A stretch of DNA of 64,000 bases from Octopus sinensis (lineage: Eukaryota), in assembly GCF_006345805.1 (NCBI RefSeq), contig NC_043015.1, positions 11,656,001-11,720,000 of the forward strand, written 5' to 3'. Position numbers and translations under genes: made by a program. Below, one piece after another: positions 50,056-64,000 of the stretch. The notes under the pieces are model-generated. The model saw only the letters and a list, made by a program, of their open reading frames with translations, was not told where the DNA came from and searched no databases. Every line of letters begins with the position of its first letter. Position 1 is the stretch's first letter.

Positions 50056-51208
50056 AAAACTTAGATATGTTTCGACCAGAGATTGGTCCAGGCCATGTCT
50101 AACTTAATAGCACCACCTGATAGGATTATTCGAATCCTGTTTAAGTCAAGTTTTGTTCAAGTAGTGAGTTCTTGTTGGGTGAGTTGTATCCAATTATGGG
50201 TGGCTTATCTGGTATTCTTTGAAGGAATCTATCCAGACTCTGTTTAAAGTTGATGGGATCCTTTTCCTCTTTGATCTCCCTCGGGACAATGTTAAATAGG
50301 GCATGGCCTGTTGAGGAAAAGAAATTATGTTGCAGTGTACATGTATGTTGTGATCTTGAATTTGGCAGGGGACGTATAACCCGTGGTCCAAGTCTTCGAT
50401 GATCCTTGAAGCTAATGTTTAGGTCGTTTGGGCAAAGTTGGCGGTATATTTTCCACATCGTACAAATGATGTACCGCTCACGGCGACGTTGGAGGGAGTA
50501 AAGTTTCAAGGCTTTAAGGCGATCCCAATAATCGAGAGCAGCCATGCCTTCAATTTGTTTAGTGAGAGTCCTCTGGGGTGACTCAATTTTGGAGATGTTT
50601 TGTCTTGTGTGAGGAGACCACAGTGGGCAGCAGTATTCAAGGTGTGGCCGTACAAAGGAGGAAAAAAGTGGTATGATGACACCTTGTTCTCTGGACCGGA
50701 AAGTTCTTAAGATCCAGGAACTCATCCTACGAGCTATATCGACCTTCTTGTTGATGTGTGCACTCCAACTGAGATCGTCATCAACAATTACACCCAGGTC
50801 TCTGATATTGTTAGAGGCTGTGAGCGGTTCCCCTGAAGGAAGAGAGTATGGTTGTTTTAGTGAGGAATTTCTTCCAAAATGCATCAGCTCAAATTTTCCC
50901 TCATTCAGTTGCATTTTGTTTCTGTCTGCCCATTGACTCACAGCATATAGAGTTGAGTTCGGTCTGCTTCTTCATTGACGATTTGCTGGAGCTTAGTGTC
51001 ATCAGCGAATATTTTCACTTTGCAGTGATGTACGACACTGGAAAGGTCGTTTACGTAAATTATGAAGAGTAGCGGACCCAAAACAGTTCCCTGGGGAACA
51101 CCGCTGGTGACTTTTGCTGGGTTTGAGTGGACTCCATCAACTACAACATGTTGTGTTCTATTCGCCAGGAAATACTGAATCCAGTGTAGAACTTTTCCAC
51201 GAATTCCA
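50056..51208 (-). mobile_element. 5'-truncated CR1-group LINE (RT C-terminal half + 3' UTR) between TA tracts
   Basis: GVPQGTVLGPLLF, IFADDTKL, RDLGVIVD, VRPHLEYCCPLWSP and LYSLQRRRERY; one frameshift near 50940. Confidence 0.9.
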
Positions 51209-52055
51209 ATATATATATATATATATATGTGTGTGTGTATATATGCATATATATATTTATATATATATACAAACACACACACACGCATACTTACGCATAT
51301 CCGAGTATGGATCTCTTTTCAATCATAGCTGCGTATTTTCACGAAATTGATTAACAATCGTCTTTATAAATTATAAATTGGGCTAAAAGATTCTACAATA
51401 CAGAATGGGTGTGACTGTTGTTAAGACTGTCACACCTCAACCATCTGGCTTCAAGTTCAATTTCAGTACGTTGCGCCACAGTCAATTGTCTCTCACTGGG
51501 CCCCAGGTTGAGCAAGGTTGAAGCAGTAAGTTCATACGGTGAAAGACTACAGAAAGTTGTCAAATTTGTCAACAACCCATAATGAGAATATGCTTTATGA
51601 ATGTTTTAAAGCAGAAAATTTCGCATAGGAACGTTCTGTTTCAAAAACTGTAACTTCCACAACCGGTGTCAAATATAGCAGGAGCAAATCTCTTTGTAAC
51701 AAATAGAATAAGTTCATGTAATGCGTGCATGTCAGTGCGATGCGTTTCTGTCTATGTATGTGTGCGTGCTTGTGGGGATTCGTGTGTGCGGATGAGCACG
51801 AGATTCTATGTTGATGTCTGTGTGAGTATTGTTAACACAGAAACACTATATGTGCCTTAGATTTGTCTTGAACTGATATCTACTGGAAGTGATTTGGTGT
51901 ATTTCCAGTAGTGATGTCAAAACCTTGGCTACTTCATCAAATTGCTAATCTAACATTTTGTTTATATTTGTAAGATCTCAAATCGATTTTTCTTTATCTG
52001 TCGCAAAGTTAAACTTGAATAATCCGAAATACGTCTAGAAACGTGTAGTATATCA

Positions 52056-52093
<38 letters not shown>

Positions 52094-52774
52094 GTTTCTG
52101 CGTGTGTTTGCGTGTAAATAGATAAACACACACACACTCATATAGGTACGTATATATATATTTACATATACACAAAAGTAAGGAAGTTTGAGAATTGAAA
52201 ATACATTTATTTATTTAGCCAAATTAGAATCATAGAATTACGGCTGTTTCCCCACCCTCTTCACGGAATATTAATTTTTGCATACAAGAAATTATGCTTA
52301 AATGGTTATATAAATATGTATGGTCAGCATTATAAAATACAATTATATATTCACAAATTAATGGAAATGAAAAAAAATGTAGCACATCAGATCACTAGAA
52401 CAATGTGGTTATATAAACAGTTTGGACTGATAGCCGAGTTCGTAAGAGGGGCTTACTGTGACCACCGCATAATTCTCTGGAACCATATTTAATTTTATGA
52501 AATCTTACTTTGATGTAGGACCTGAATCCTAACGAAGATACAAAACTCCGTCGTTGAAATGTAGATAACAAAATCAAATTCTCATTCTAAACTTGAAGAA
52601 AGTCTTGCTTGCTAAAAATACACCAATACAAACTACAGCAGTGGTACACATGAATTGGTTGATTTCTTTTTCGCAAAATCCTACTTTATCCAGATTATCA
52701 CTGAAACATTTATCCTTGTACTGAGTGATTCTATGTGTTTACATATGAATATGTGTGTGCATGTATGTATGTCT

Positions 52775-53192
52775 GTAGGTAGGTTCGTAAATAGGGAGTT
52801 AGGCAGGTAGGTAGGTAGTTAGGTAGGTAGGTAGGTAGGTAGGTTGGTAGGTAGGTAAGTAGGTAGGTAGGAAGGTAGGTAGTAAGGTAGGTATGTAGGT
52901 TGGTAGGTAGGTAGGAAGGTAGGTAGGTAGGTAGGTTGGTAGGTTGGTAGGTATGTAGGTAGGCATGTAGGTAGGTAGGTAGGTAGGTAGGTAGGTATGT
53001 AGGTAGGTAGGTAGGTAGGCATGAAGGTAGGTAGGTAGGTAGGTTGGTAGGTAGGTAGGTGGGTTGGTAGGTAGGTAGGTATGTATGTATGTATGTAGGT
53101 AGGTAGGTAGGTAGGTAGGTAGGTAGGTAGGTAGGTAGGTAGGTAGGTAGGTAGGCAGGTAGGCAGGCAGGCAGGCAGGCAGGAAGGCAGGT
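52775..53192. repeat. (TAGG)n/(CAGG)n microsatellite
   Basis: Visible imperfect tetranucleotide tract. Confidence 0.95.
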
Positions 53193-53635
53193 GTATGTGT
53201 GTGAGAGAGAGTACAGATGTGTGAACAACCGAAGTTCGTTTCCCAACTTTATGGTCATGCGTGGGATGGCTTTGAATAGTACCTTACGTAAATGTCAATT
53301 CTTACAGCCTTGGTTCGATTTATAACTATTGAGGGAATCTGGGTAGATGGAAACTGTATAGAAGCCTGTCAGAAGGAACATAATTTCGTACCTGCAAAAT
53401 CAAAAGTTAAACCCTTCTCATAAGCTGTGTCTGTCCTCCTGATTCACCTTGTGAATTACATCATTTGTCCACGTCTCTTCGGTATACTCTGCCACGTGCA
53501 GTTAATGCAGGTGTAGGTAACTTCATTTACTCTAATAACTGAATCCTCGTCGACGAACGACGGAAATTCGCTGCGAGCCTATTACTGTTTTTATATTATA
53601 TATATATATATATATGTATAAACATAGGTTATATG

Positions 53636-53940
53636 TGTAGTAGTTGTGATAGTATTGGTGTTGTTGATAGAGGTGATGATAGTTGAAATGGTAGTGGTTG
53701 TGTTAGTAGTAGTAATAGTGGTGATAATGACAGTAGTAGTAGTAGTAGTAGTGCTGGTGATAATGGTGGTGTCGGTGAGCTGTATTAGTAATAGTAGTAG
53801 TATTAGTTGTAGTAGTGTGGTGGTAGCGATAGTAGTAGTAGTTCTACTAGTTGTTGTTGATGTTGTAGCAGCAGCAGTAATAGTAGCAACAGCAACAGCA
53901 GCAATAGCAGTAGTAGTAGTAGCAGCAGCAGCAGCAGCTG
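53636..53940. repeat. Degenerate (GTA)/(GTG)/(GCA) trinucleotide low-complexity tract
   Basis: Visible. Confidence 0.85.
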
Positions 53941-54245
53941 TATATGACAAGGTAAAAGAAGGAAATCGCTATGGAATAGTAAAAGTTGAAGAGAATATGC
54001 ACCTCATGTTTAGTGCAGAAACTGAACTCGGGGATACAGGAGTGAAGAGGGGGAGGGGGAGGGGGAGATGGGTGGTAGTGATAGATAGAAAATGAGAGAT
54101 GGTGGGGGTGGGTGGAGGACTGGAAAATAGATTCATATCTACATATAATGATAGGCAAGTTGAGTGTTTTATCATTTTCGCGAAACAACAAAGTGAAACT
54201 TCGATGTTAAACGATTGATCAAATATACACACACTCACACACACA

Positions 54246-54359
<114 letters not shown>

Positions 54360-54481
54360 GACCTATATACATATACATACATATATGCATGAAAATTGCA
54401 TACATACATAGACCGATAGATGCCTATATTTACACATACGTATGTATATATATGTATATATATGTATGTATGTATGCATGT

Positions 54482-54570
<89 letters not shown>

Positions 54571-54757
54571 TATACATATGTGTGCATATACAGATACCTA
54601 TGAACACACACATATATATATACATCCCGGTTAGATATGTATTTGTGCATTTACTTTGTCGACGTACGTGAGTATGCTCGCGTGTGTATACTTAATCTAT
54701 GCAACGACAAATATGTAGATAGACGGTTATACATTGGCAACAAAACCGAAAGACAAA

Positions 54758-54775
54758 ACAGACAGACAGACAAAC

Positions 54776-54840
<65 letters not shown>

Positions 54841-55021
54841 CATACATACATACATACATACATACATGCATGCATGCATGCATGCATGCATACATACATA
54901 CATACATACATACATACATACATACATACATACATACATGCATGCATGCATGCATGCATGCATACATACATACATACATACATACATACATACATACATA
55001 CATACATACATACATACATAC

Positions 55022-55066
<45 letters not shown>
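54758..55066. repeat. Compound (GACA)(GATA)(CATA)(CATG) microsatellite
   Basis: Visible. Confidence 0.95.
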
Positions 55067-56425
55067 CGTTCTCATTACACAAATTATTGCATTGTAGTAG
55101 TCGATAATTGAAGACTGATGTTACTCTTGCTCCACCTCCCGCTGATATTTTTTACGTCACCTTGTTCTCTCTTACTACCTAATCATCTATGAAGTTTGGA
55201 ATTTAGGAGAAAGAACAAAAAATACGCGAAAATCAATCTCAGAATTCACAATCAATGCCCTTAAATTATAGCTTGTTCATACGTCTTTTACCGCTGTATG
55301 TCTACCACATTATTGCCATTAGCTTTGGCACAGAGTTTTATCATAGAAGCTGCACCTTATTGAATAGAGGTATCTGCGTATCAGGAATAACACATATTCT
55401 ATTTTGAATTCTGTTGTTGATCAATGAAAATCAGAAATGAGAGGAGCTCGTGGCATTTGTAGTCCTACCGAAGTAGGGAAGGTTAGGTGTGGCCGGTGTT
55501 CAGTTTAGGTCTCTGTAGGACAACGTTTGCAAGAAAACTATGAACAGGAAAAGGAGAAAGTAATTCTCCCGAGGAGTCTAAATCTTGAAAGAAAAGTGAG
55601 GGAATACCATTTTTGTGCAGCGTTTAGAAAGGGAACAAAGGAAGAAAGCTGGGTGTGGGAAGAATAAACGCAGTTAACTCTTCCAAAGGAACAGAGGCTG
55701 TTGTAGTAGCTATAAAGTAGAGGCGGAAATCAGACACAAGTGGTGATTGTAATCTTCTAGCTTTCTTTCTATTCATGACTGGAAAAGGTAATATCAGTGC
55801 AATTAGGCTGCTATTTGTAGCTGCTCAAAGACCTACATAGAAATACCGCCATTTTGTGTTTCTGTGTTCCCTTGCGTGTGTATGTTTGTGTGAGTTGTCT
55901 TTGTGTGCGTATACGTGTGCATGTCTGTGCGTAATAATATCAGTGACCGTGTTATTTTAGAAGTACTCCTTTGTGGATCTTACTTCACCTATGTAAAAGA
56001 TCACGATTGTTGGGCGCTTATATATTTCCCCAGACGCAATCCTTACATAAGGCCATGATGTTTGTGTATTTATTCATTCTAGTTTATATAACTACATTAT
56101 CATACTGAAACTCATTGAATAAACATTTCTCGCAATAGTCTTTTAAGTGTGTGATAATACGTGAAATGAAATGCTTAATATAACATAATACTTCGAAGTG
56201 AACTAGGATATAGATATATGGCAGATACGCTATGACCACTGTACAATAATGCCAGTATGTGTATTTCTCAATATCCGTTGTTCAAACGATATCAAAGGCG
56301 GTGTTGCTGTCGTTCTATTACTGGACTGGATCAGTAAAATCGATACCATTCAAACAATGAAGTTAATTCATTCGACTTTGCACCTCCTCTAAATTTGATA
56401 GTTTCAAGATTCCTATTACTATTGA

Positions 56426-57070
56426 GACGGCTAGCTGGCTGAATCATTAGCATGCAGGACGAAATGCTTAGCGGCATCTCATCCATCCTTAGGTTCTGAG
56501 TTCAAATTCCGCCGAGCTCGACTTTGCCTTTCATCTTTTCGGCGTTGATTAAAGAAAGTACCAATAGAGCACTGGGGGTCGATGTAATCAGACTATATCC
56601 CTCGCACAAAATTCCAGGCCTTGTGTCTATAACATTTCAGGCCTTGTGTCTAAAGGATTATTGTTATTGTTTCAACAACGGCCAGCTGGTAGAATCGTCA
56701 GCTCATGGGGCAAATTGCTTAATGGCATTTTCCAGCGTCTTTACATTCTAAGTTCAAATGCCGCCGTTATCAACTTCTACGCATCTTTTCAAGATAAATA
56801 CTAAGGTTGAGGCATTCGACTAACCCCTTTCCATCAAATTTGCTAGACTTTGCCAAAATTTGAAACTGTCATCATTATTGTTTCACGTTTAAAGATTGTC
56901 AGAATCAATAGCCACAAATAAAGCATCACTCCGTAATATGTTCCAGATTTTACGCCCTGATTTCAAATCCCACAGAGGTTAACTTTGCTTTTTATCTTTC
57001 CTAGCACTGGGGCCGACTGTATTGACCACGCCCTTCCCTTGAAAATTACAAAGCTTGGATCTAATTCAGA
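56426..57070 (+). mobile_element. Three successive diverged SINE family B copies
   Basis: GCTGGCTGAATC..GAAATGCTTAGCGGCATC..TTCTGAGTTCAAATTCCGCCGAG and weaker repeats of it near 56680 and 56900. Confidence 0.75.
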
Positions 57071-57600
57071 AACGTCAATTTTTTAATTATTATTGTTGCA
57101 CAGCTCCATTGACTAGATGAGTCAGGAAAGCAATCCATCAAGTTCCACCAAAGTAGGTAGGTAAGGATGTCGATCTAACTGAATAAACTTCTCCACAAAA
57201 ACATTTCAGGAATTACCCACAGATACACGCTTGTCTATGTTTGTGCTTGTGTGTGTGTGTATGTGAGAGAGAGAGCGAGAGACAGTCGAAGGCGTGGGCG
57301 ACTTGGGTTATGATGATAGCCCTTACATAACGGATATGAAAAGTTGGGAGACTGGTACTACTACTTATAAAGGCTAATCTCTGATTATGACACCAAGCCA
57401 CAACAAGAATAACCACAAAATCTGCGGTTCACACTTATTTTCTGATGACTGGATTAAAGCAACGTTTAATTAAGTTCACTGCTGAAGGACAAGGCGCATA
57501 GCTTGGTCTAAGAATCGAATACATGACCTTACAACAATGAATCTGACAGCCTAATCACCAGGACTGTGTTTTATTCATAGGAATAGAGCTACTGAACGTG

Positions 57601-57812
57601 GACGGTGGGCTGGTTGAATCGCTGGCACGCCGGGAAAATGCTAAGCGTCATCTCGTCCATCTTTATGTTCTGAGTTCAAATTGCGCTGAGGTCGACTTTG
57701 CCTTTCGTCCTTCGGGGTTGATAAAACGAGTACCATTTTAGCATTGGGCTCGATCTATTCGATCTATCCCTCCCCTGAAATTGATGGCCTTGTGCCAAAA
57801 CTTGAAAGCAAT
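57601..57812 (+). mobile_element. SINE family B
   Basis: GGCACGCCGGGAAAATGC..TTCTGAGTTCAAATTGCGCTGAGGTCGACTTTGCC..GGCCTTGTGCCAAAA. Confidence 0.8.
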
Positions 57813-58794
57813 AGAGCTATCGAATAATTTGTAAATACATGTATATTTCATTAGGTTACCTTGATGATTGTAACATTTTGATATATATAACACTTCTGTG
57901 ACGAGAGATGCAAATCATGTTGCACTCTGTTAGAATTGATTTCCGTACACCGGAGAGACATACATATTGCAACAGCATGGAGAATAGCTTTCGTCTCTCT
58001 TCATGTGCAGACTATTTCTTGAGTAATGAAAATTACCCAAATATTTCTACTTTTACATATTTACTTCACAGTAAATATCTCGAGTAGCTGAGGTTTTCGA
58101 ATCTTAGTTTCAGCTACATAGTTCAGTTGTAAATGCATGTCTAGTGTATAAAAGAAATATGTTAAAATTATAATTTCCCTTTTTATCCACTTGATATATT
58201 GATTTGTAATATAGATAGAAGGAATAGTCGACTGATGCATTTTCGTTGAACATTCAAAGAAAGTTGGGGATTAACCACCCTATAATTTGAAGATAGAACG
58301 TAAAGATCCATAAGCTAATATAACCGAATCCGCCAATATTTCATCTTTCTCATATCTTATGTGTTATAGACAGCTTGAAAATTAAGTTAAAGATTATCCG
58401 ATAAATCCAGTGAATTATAAGCGAGTAATCCAAGTTAGCAAACGAGAGTGGCTTCGGTTCCTTCTTAGATTAAATAATATGACATTAAATGGTGTCTCCG
58501 AAACCTTCCAGCCTATCTAATACAGATTTTTCATGTCGCGCACAATTTTTTTTTTTGGGGGGGGGGGGATCGCTTTAAAATACAGGAATTCTGCAATTAA
58601 TCAAACAGAAAAATATGTGTAACCTAATTTCCATGTGTGAGCATTGATAGGTTTTCCCAAGTGAAGGGATCCATCGGAGCCCGTTCTTAATTCCAATCAA
58701 TATCGTTATATGTATCAAAGAAAATACCTCCCCTCAACAGGACACTAGTTAAATTGTAAATCCTTTGTATATGCTCCGAAAGAAGGTCGCTCAC

Positions 58795-58879
58795 CGGCAT
58801 CCCAGATGAGGGCCCCCAGCAGTTTAACAGTTTCTCTAAGAGAAAGTAACTCTATACAAATCCTGCATGTTGATAACAT
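58795..58879 (-). CDS. Candidate first coding exon (MLSTCRICIELLSLRETVKLLGALIWDA, phase-1 donor) of an unidentified host gene
   Basis: ATG at 58879, open for 85 nt, followed by donor G|GTGAGC; lies in a repeat-free block downstream of a CCAAT cluster. No homology recognised. Confidence 0.35.
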
Positions 58880-60045
58880 CTAGTCTTGTGGCACTTGTTG
58901 CACTAGAAAAGTTCAACTTTGGAGGATGAGAGGATGGGACAGGCTTTGCATAAATCGAGTCCACTATAATAATATTTATCGTGCAGATTGTTCGTTAAAC
59001 CGAGACACCAGCACCATCACTATCACACTTTCTTCATAAGTGTAGTGGGATAGGAAGGAAAAGAGGTGACGACAACAGGTAGAAGATCCTATCGTAAGTG
59101 TTATGCGGCACACAGGCGGTCATAGATTGATGGACGTTTTCCACATACCTGTGGCAGATGTGAATTTCGTACATTGTGAAGCTGTGTTTTAGTGAACTTG
59201 CATACGTGGAGCGATGAGGAAGCCCGCCACCAATTTTCTATATAAAAAAGTAAAGAATTGTATAGAGGACTAGATCACAATGGTAATATTCGATAATTCC
59301 ACATTTCTTCCGCTACTTGCAACAGAGATCTTATTCTACCCGTAGAACTTATATAAAAATACATGGACTCGACCGTCGACGGCTAATTGTCTTCAATACA
59401 AACATAACGCAACATCACACTGTTTTTTTAAATTCTATATTACCCTATCGATTCCCCCATCTGTACTCTCTTACAATTAATTAAAACATCTTAATTAAAA
59501 ATCTAAAAGATATTTACAGTAACAGTGTATCTTAATTTACGCTGACAGATTGCCTTCGTTAAAACCTTTCAGTATGTTCGCATTAAATTTTTCGTGACAT
59601 ACAAATGTTACTGTTCTATTACTAAAGTGTTTCAATCACGATTGGCCCGGTTAAAAATAATTCAATTATCAATAGATTCTCTCTATTGCCATTTACTGAT
59701 TAGTTTTACGTTTTAATCTTACATTTTATTACTTGAATTTTTCATTCGCGCTCCAATGACTTGCTAAATTGTTTCGAAATCTAGAATACTAAAACTTCTG
59801 CATACCGCATTCTTCTTAGTACTTGGAAGTCGAAGAAATAGATGGAGGAGAAGAAGATGTGGAAGAAAGAGACGGAAAGAAATTACCATAATCTTCTATT
59901 GAATTTGAGTAAATGAAATATCTCTAACAATGCGAGCGTGAAGCGTCAACGACCGGAACCTCAAGGGCGAGATTAAATCAATATTTTGAAGAGAAACTCG
60001 TTGTATGAACATATAGTTTGTAAGAGAAAATGTGTGATAGCTTAA

Positions 60046-60088
60046 CCAATTAGCCAATAAGTCATTTAATCAAACAACAAGAGCCAAT
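60046..60088. promoter_or_regulatory. Cluster of three CCAAT boxes (candidate promoter)
   Basis: CCAAT at 60046, 60054 and 60084; two are in the AGCCAAT context. Confidence 0.4.
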
Positions 60089-60301
60089 GAGAATCTCGGT
60101 ATGGTCGCCCGCATAGCTAGAAATCGTACCCAACAACCACCTCAAACCAAATCATAGTGTATTAAATGTCGTTGAGGTTACACAATTACGCAATTCGTAA
60201 AATACTTAACTTGATAGTGGTTTCAGAATCATTGGTTTGGCCGAAGGCCTCCTAATCTGTCCCAGCAGATGCGAGAGAACGAAAACAAAACACATGATAA
60301 A

Positions 60302-60343
<42 letters not shown>

Positions 60344-61124
60344 TGTGAGTGTGTGTGAGTGTGTGTGTGTGTGTGTAGGAAAATAAATGGAGAAACAATT
60401 AACAATTAGAAGTCGATTATTGGTATTAGAAGGATATAGTTTAATTATAGTTCAAGAACACCTACAGCTGTTTCAATTTGGTATTTCGAAGTAAATTTGC
60501 ATTTATCTCGTTCCATTTAACAAACATTGTCAGAATGATTTAAAGTTTATCGGATGAATATAGGTAGGAGAAAAAGGAAAATGAAAAGAAAAAGGAAGCA
60601 AGTTCGTTAAGTCTTTAGTCTTGCATTTTTGTGCCCTTAGAGGTCCCTCGTGTGTGTACGTCTCTTAAATTAAATGAATGGAGCAATAAGTGTTAGAATG
60701 GAGCAAAGGTGTTAGTCGAAGGAGTTATACATGGTAGATATATCCGATGTTGTTAATTGTAATGAATAACGCTGTTTGCGACCGCTAGATATGATTAGAA
60801 ATAATGCCCTTGGATACAGGATGTCACCGATTGTGTAAACAACATGAAATACAAAAGCAAGGGAGTTAAATACGCAAACAACTAGAGAAAAAATGGAAAA
60901 CTAGACAAGTAAACCGAGAGAACGACCCTTCATCAGTTGTCGACTGTCAATCTATTCCTCATTTCGAGCATTCAACGACAATATGAATCTTCAAAGACAG
61001 TTGCTCTCATAGATTCTGAAATAAAATTTAGGATTTATGGAGGGTCAAAGCTGGGAACAAAAACAGGACAGTGTAGACATACAAGAAACCTGAAGGAAAA
61101 CAAACGAGGATAGAAATATATATG

Positions 61125-61191
<67 letters not shown>

Positions 61192-61573
61192 GGTGTGTAT
61201 GTGTATACACACACATATATATATAATATATATATATGTATATATGTATGTATATATGTATATATATATATATATATATAATATATATATATATATATAA
61301 ATGTCAGGATTGTCTGAAAAACAAATGTTCGCATTTTAAATATATTTAAGACGAACGTTTCAGATGGTTACGTAATATAACCGTTATTTAATACAATTTT
61401 GTCAGTTGATAAATCAAAATAATTTGAATTGTTGCCCGGAGGGGATTAGTATACTTCTGCATACACATAATCACACAAATACACGCATATATGTGTGTGT
61501 GTGTGTATATATATATATACATATATATATATACACACACACAACATATATGTATTATGTACGTATGTATGAA

Positions 61574-61596
61574 TAGATAGATAGATAGATAGATAG

Positions 61597-61672
<76 letters not shown>
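61574..61672. repeat. (GATA)n microsatellite
   Basis: Visible. Confidence 0.95.
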
Positions 61673-61674
<2 letters not shown>

Positions 61675-62714
61675 GAAGAAAAAGGGATTAATAAACCCAG
61701 TAAGATGTTTATAAAGCACTCAGTGTTAAACGATTTTGTTTAACTATGTCCAACAATCAGATATCAATAAACGCAAGTGGAGTAAACGTTCAAGTTAACT
61801 TTTCATATATGACAAGTAAATCCAAATATTGCTTCGAAGATTTTGAAGAAATTCTGAGTAAAAGACAACAAGAATAAGAATAAGAATGGTGAACATCACA
61901 TCTTTAGTTGATTATTACGCCATGCATTACCGACGATCGTTTCTAATGTGCCAGCATATTTAAATGCAGAAAAAAGGTTTAAAATACCAATCAAATTAAT
62001 ATATCCGAAGATATATACTAACACAAGATAATCGAGGCAATCCAAAACTGGTGAAATTCAAAGAGACCTAAAAAAAGCCAGTTTTCTAAGAAAAGGCATT
62101 CGAGCATTTAACTTTCTATGACATCAGTAAATAACGAAAAAATAAAAAAAATTAACATCGGAATTCTACGTCTCGACAATTAGAAACAGAAATTTTACGT
62201 CACGACAATTAGTCTATTAAATATGCTACATATATATATATATATAAGGTTAACGAATTAAGGTTAAGAAAATACGTATTAAACACAGTATCGAACCTTA
62301 CTTTAAGGTAAGTCCCGGGTCGTGTGTCAGCGGAACACGTTCACCACTTATGGCTAGCAGGCATCATCAGCAAAGGCATGCAGACGTACACATTTATAAA
62401 TATACTCGTGGGCACGCTCCAGCACACACTACATGTATGTATGTTTGTCAATCATACACGCTCAAGCTATACACACCTATACACGCGAATACATCCCTCA
62501 GAGCACAAAGATTCCCCCACCCAGATACATACAGAGATTACATCAACACTGCCACCATGGAGCACACAGGTACACCCAGAGATACACTCACACAGGCACA
62601 ATCACACCATCACATAATTCTCACAGACCCCCCCACACACACACAGACACCTTGCCCCGAAGCTGCTAACCTTGTGCCATATTTTGGAAACAATATTTCT
62701 ACTACTTCTATAGA

Positions 62715-62815
62715 TAGAACCTTTAGCACGATGGGCAAAATCCTTCGCTGCATTTCGTCCGTCTTTACATTCTTAGTTCAGATTCCGCTGAAGTCGATTC
62801 TATCCTTCGCCTACT
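62715..62815 (+). mobile_element. SINE family B fragment
   Basis: TTAGCACGATGGGCAAAAT..GCATTTCGTCCGTCTTTACATTCTTAGTTCAGATTCCGCTGAAGTCGA. Confidence 0.7.
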
Positions 62816-63965
62816 TCCAGTGATGGTGCACATATCATTCCTATACTACTACTACTGTTACCATTGTCACTACTACGAATAGTTCTATCATTATCACTCC
62901 AGTAGTTCAGCTCTATCTCCCTAAGTCAGACGTATAGACCTGAAGAAGACCTGGACTATAGAAGGTATCTCGATCATGAAGCAGGCTATAGTGATCAAAG
63001 TTTTCCAAAACTAGCTGATTGACAGTTAAAACTATTAATCAAACATTCAGTAAGATAATTGGTTAAATGTTAATGAATTGACTAATAATAATGTAAGAAG
63101 TGAAATCGAACGAGTTCCTGTGTTCACAGCTGACCTTATGACCCACCCAAGATATACCAAAATCTGTTTCAAGACGCGAGTTCACATCAAGATTTTTGGT
63201 TTGCAAAAACGAAATTTGAATGAGATGTGACTGCTATTTCTAGAATTTTGATTGAGAGCCTCTCTCAATTCTTCGGTATCTGTTATATAATGTATTGGCT
63301 GATGTTATTGATCTAATAACTTGTAAAATATTTCCCTCCGCCCCCTCTAAAGTCAGTTGGTTGAGAACAATAACATTTGTGTACGTGTGCAAGTCTTATA
63401 GATGGATATACACTTTCCCTCAATGAACTCAATATTTATGTACACATATAAGCTATTCATTCGTACGCACGTTCAAATGTACATACGTGCGTATATATGT
63501 AATCGTGTATGTATGGATTCATGTAAATAAGTACCTATATATGGGGCTGTAAGTATTTATATATGCGTATTAAACTATTCATAATTTAATTATCTTCAAT
63601 ACGTCTAAAAAGAAATTTCTTTCGGCATGTATTCCGATTTGTGTCTGATGTGCGTATTTGAGCTTCTCTCTCTCCCCTCTTTCTCTCCCCCCCCATCTCT
63701 CTCTACCTATCTATCTATCTATTTCTCTATCTATATATCTATATCTATTTCTCTATCTCTCCTCTCTTTTCTCGCTCTTTGAATATCCACACACATGCAG
63801 ATGCGTGCATATATATGCATACACACAACTATATACAAATCTATATCTCTCTCTCATATATATATATATATATAATATATCTATAATATATATATATAAT
63901 TATATATATTATATATATATATATATATTCTTGTATGTATATGTATATATATACATATATACGTA

Positions 63966-64000
<35 letters not shown>

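Overview
AT-rich, repeat-dense animal DNA. The SINE, LINE and microsatellite content resembles cephalopod (Octopus-like) genomes; this is an inference. No complete host gene is visible, and most ORFs in the track are microsatellite artefacts. Retroelements: a near-intact ~4.95-kb R4/Dong-type RLE LINE sitting in a (TAA)n tract; a decayed R4/Dong copy interrupted by a CR1-type LINE and a SINE; further CR1, RTE and R4 fragments; three tRNA-derived SINE families. DNA elements: three mariner deletion derivatives, two non-autonomous Helitrons and several long fold-back elements. A repeat-free block at ~58-60 kb may be a promoter plus first exon on the minus strand. The most striking feature is at 45,071-50,010: two adjacent, unrelated, non-coding tandem arrays (units ~505 and ~490 bp). 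Each array is an inverted arm plus a direct arm embedded in (TA)n, and each complete unit carries a type I hammerhead ribozyme fold (10 in total). These are candidate retrozyme-like or Penelope-dependent elements that could generate ~500-nt self-cleaved, possibly circular, RNAs. Degenerate hammerhead relics are scattered elsewhere in the window.
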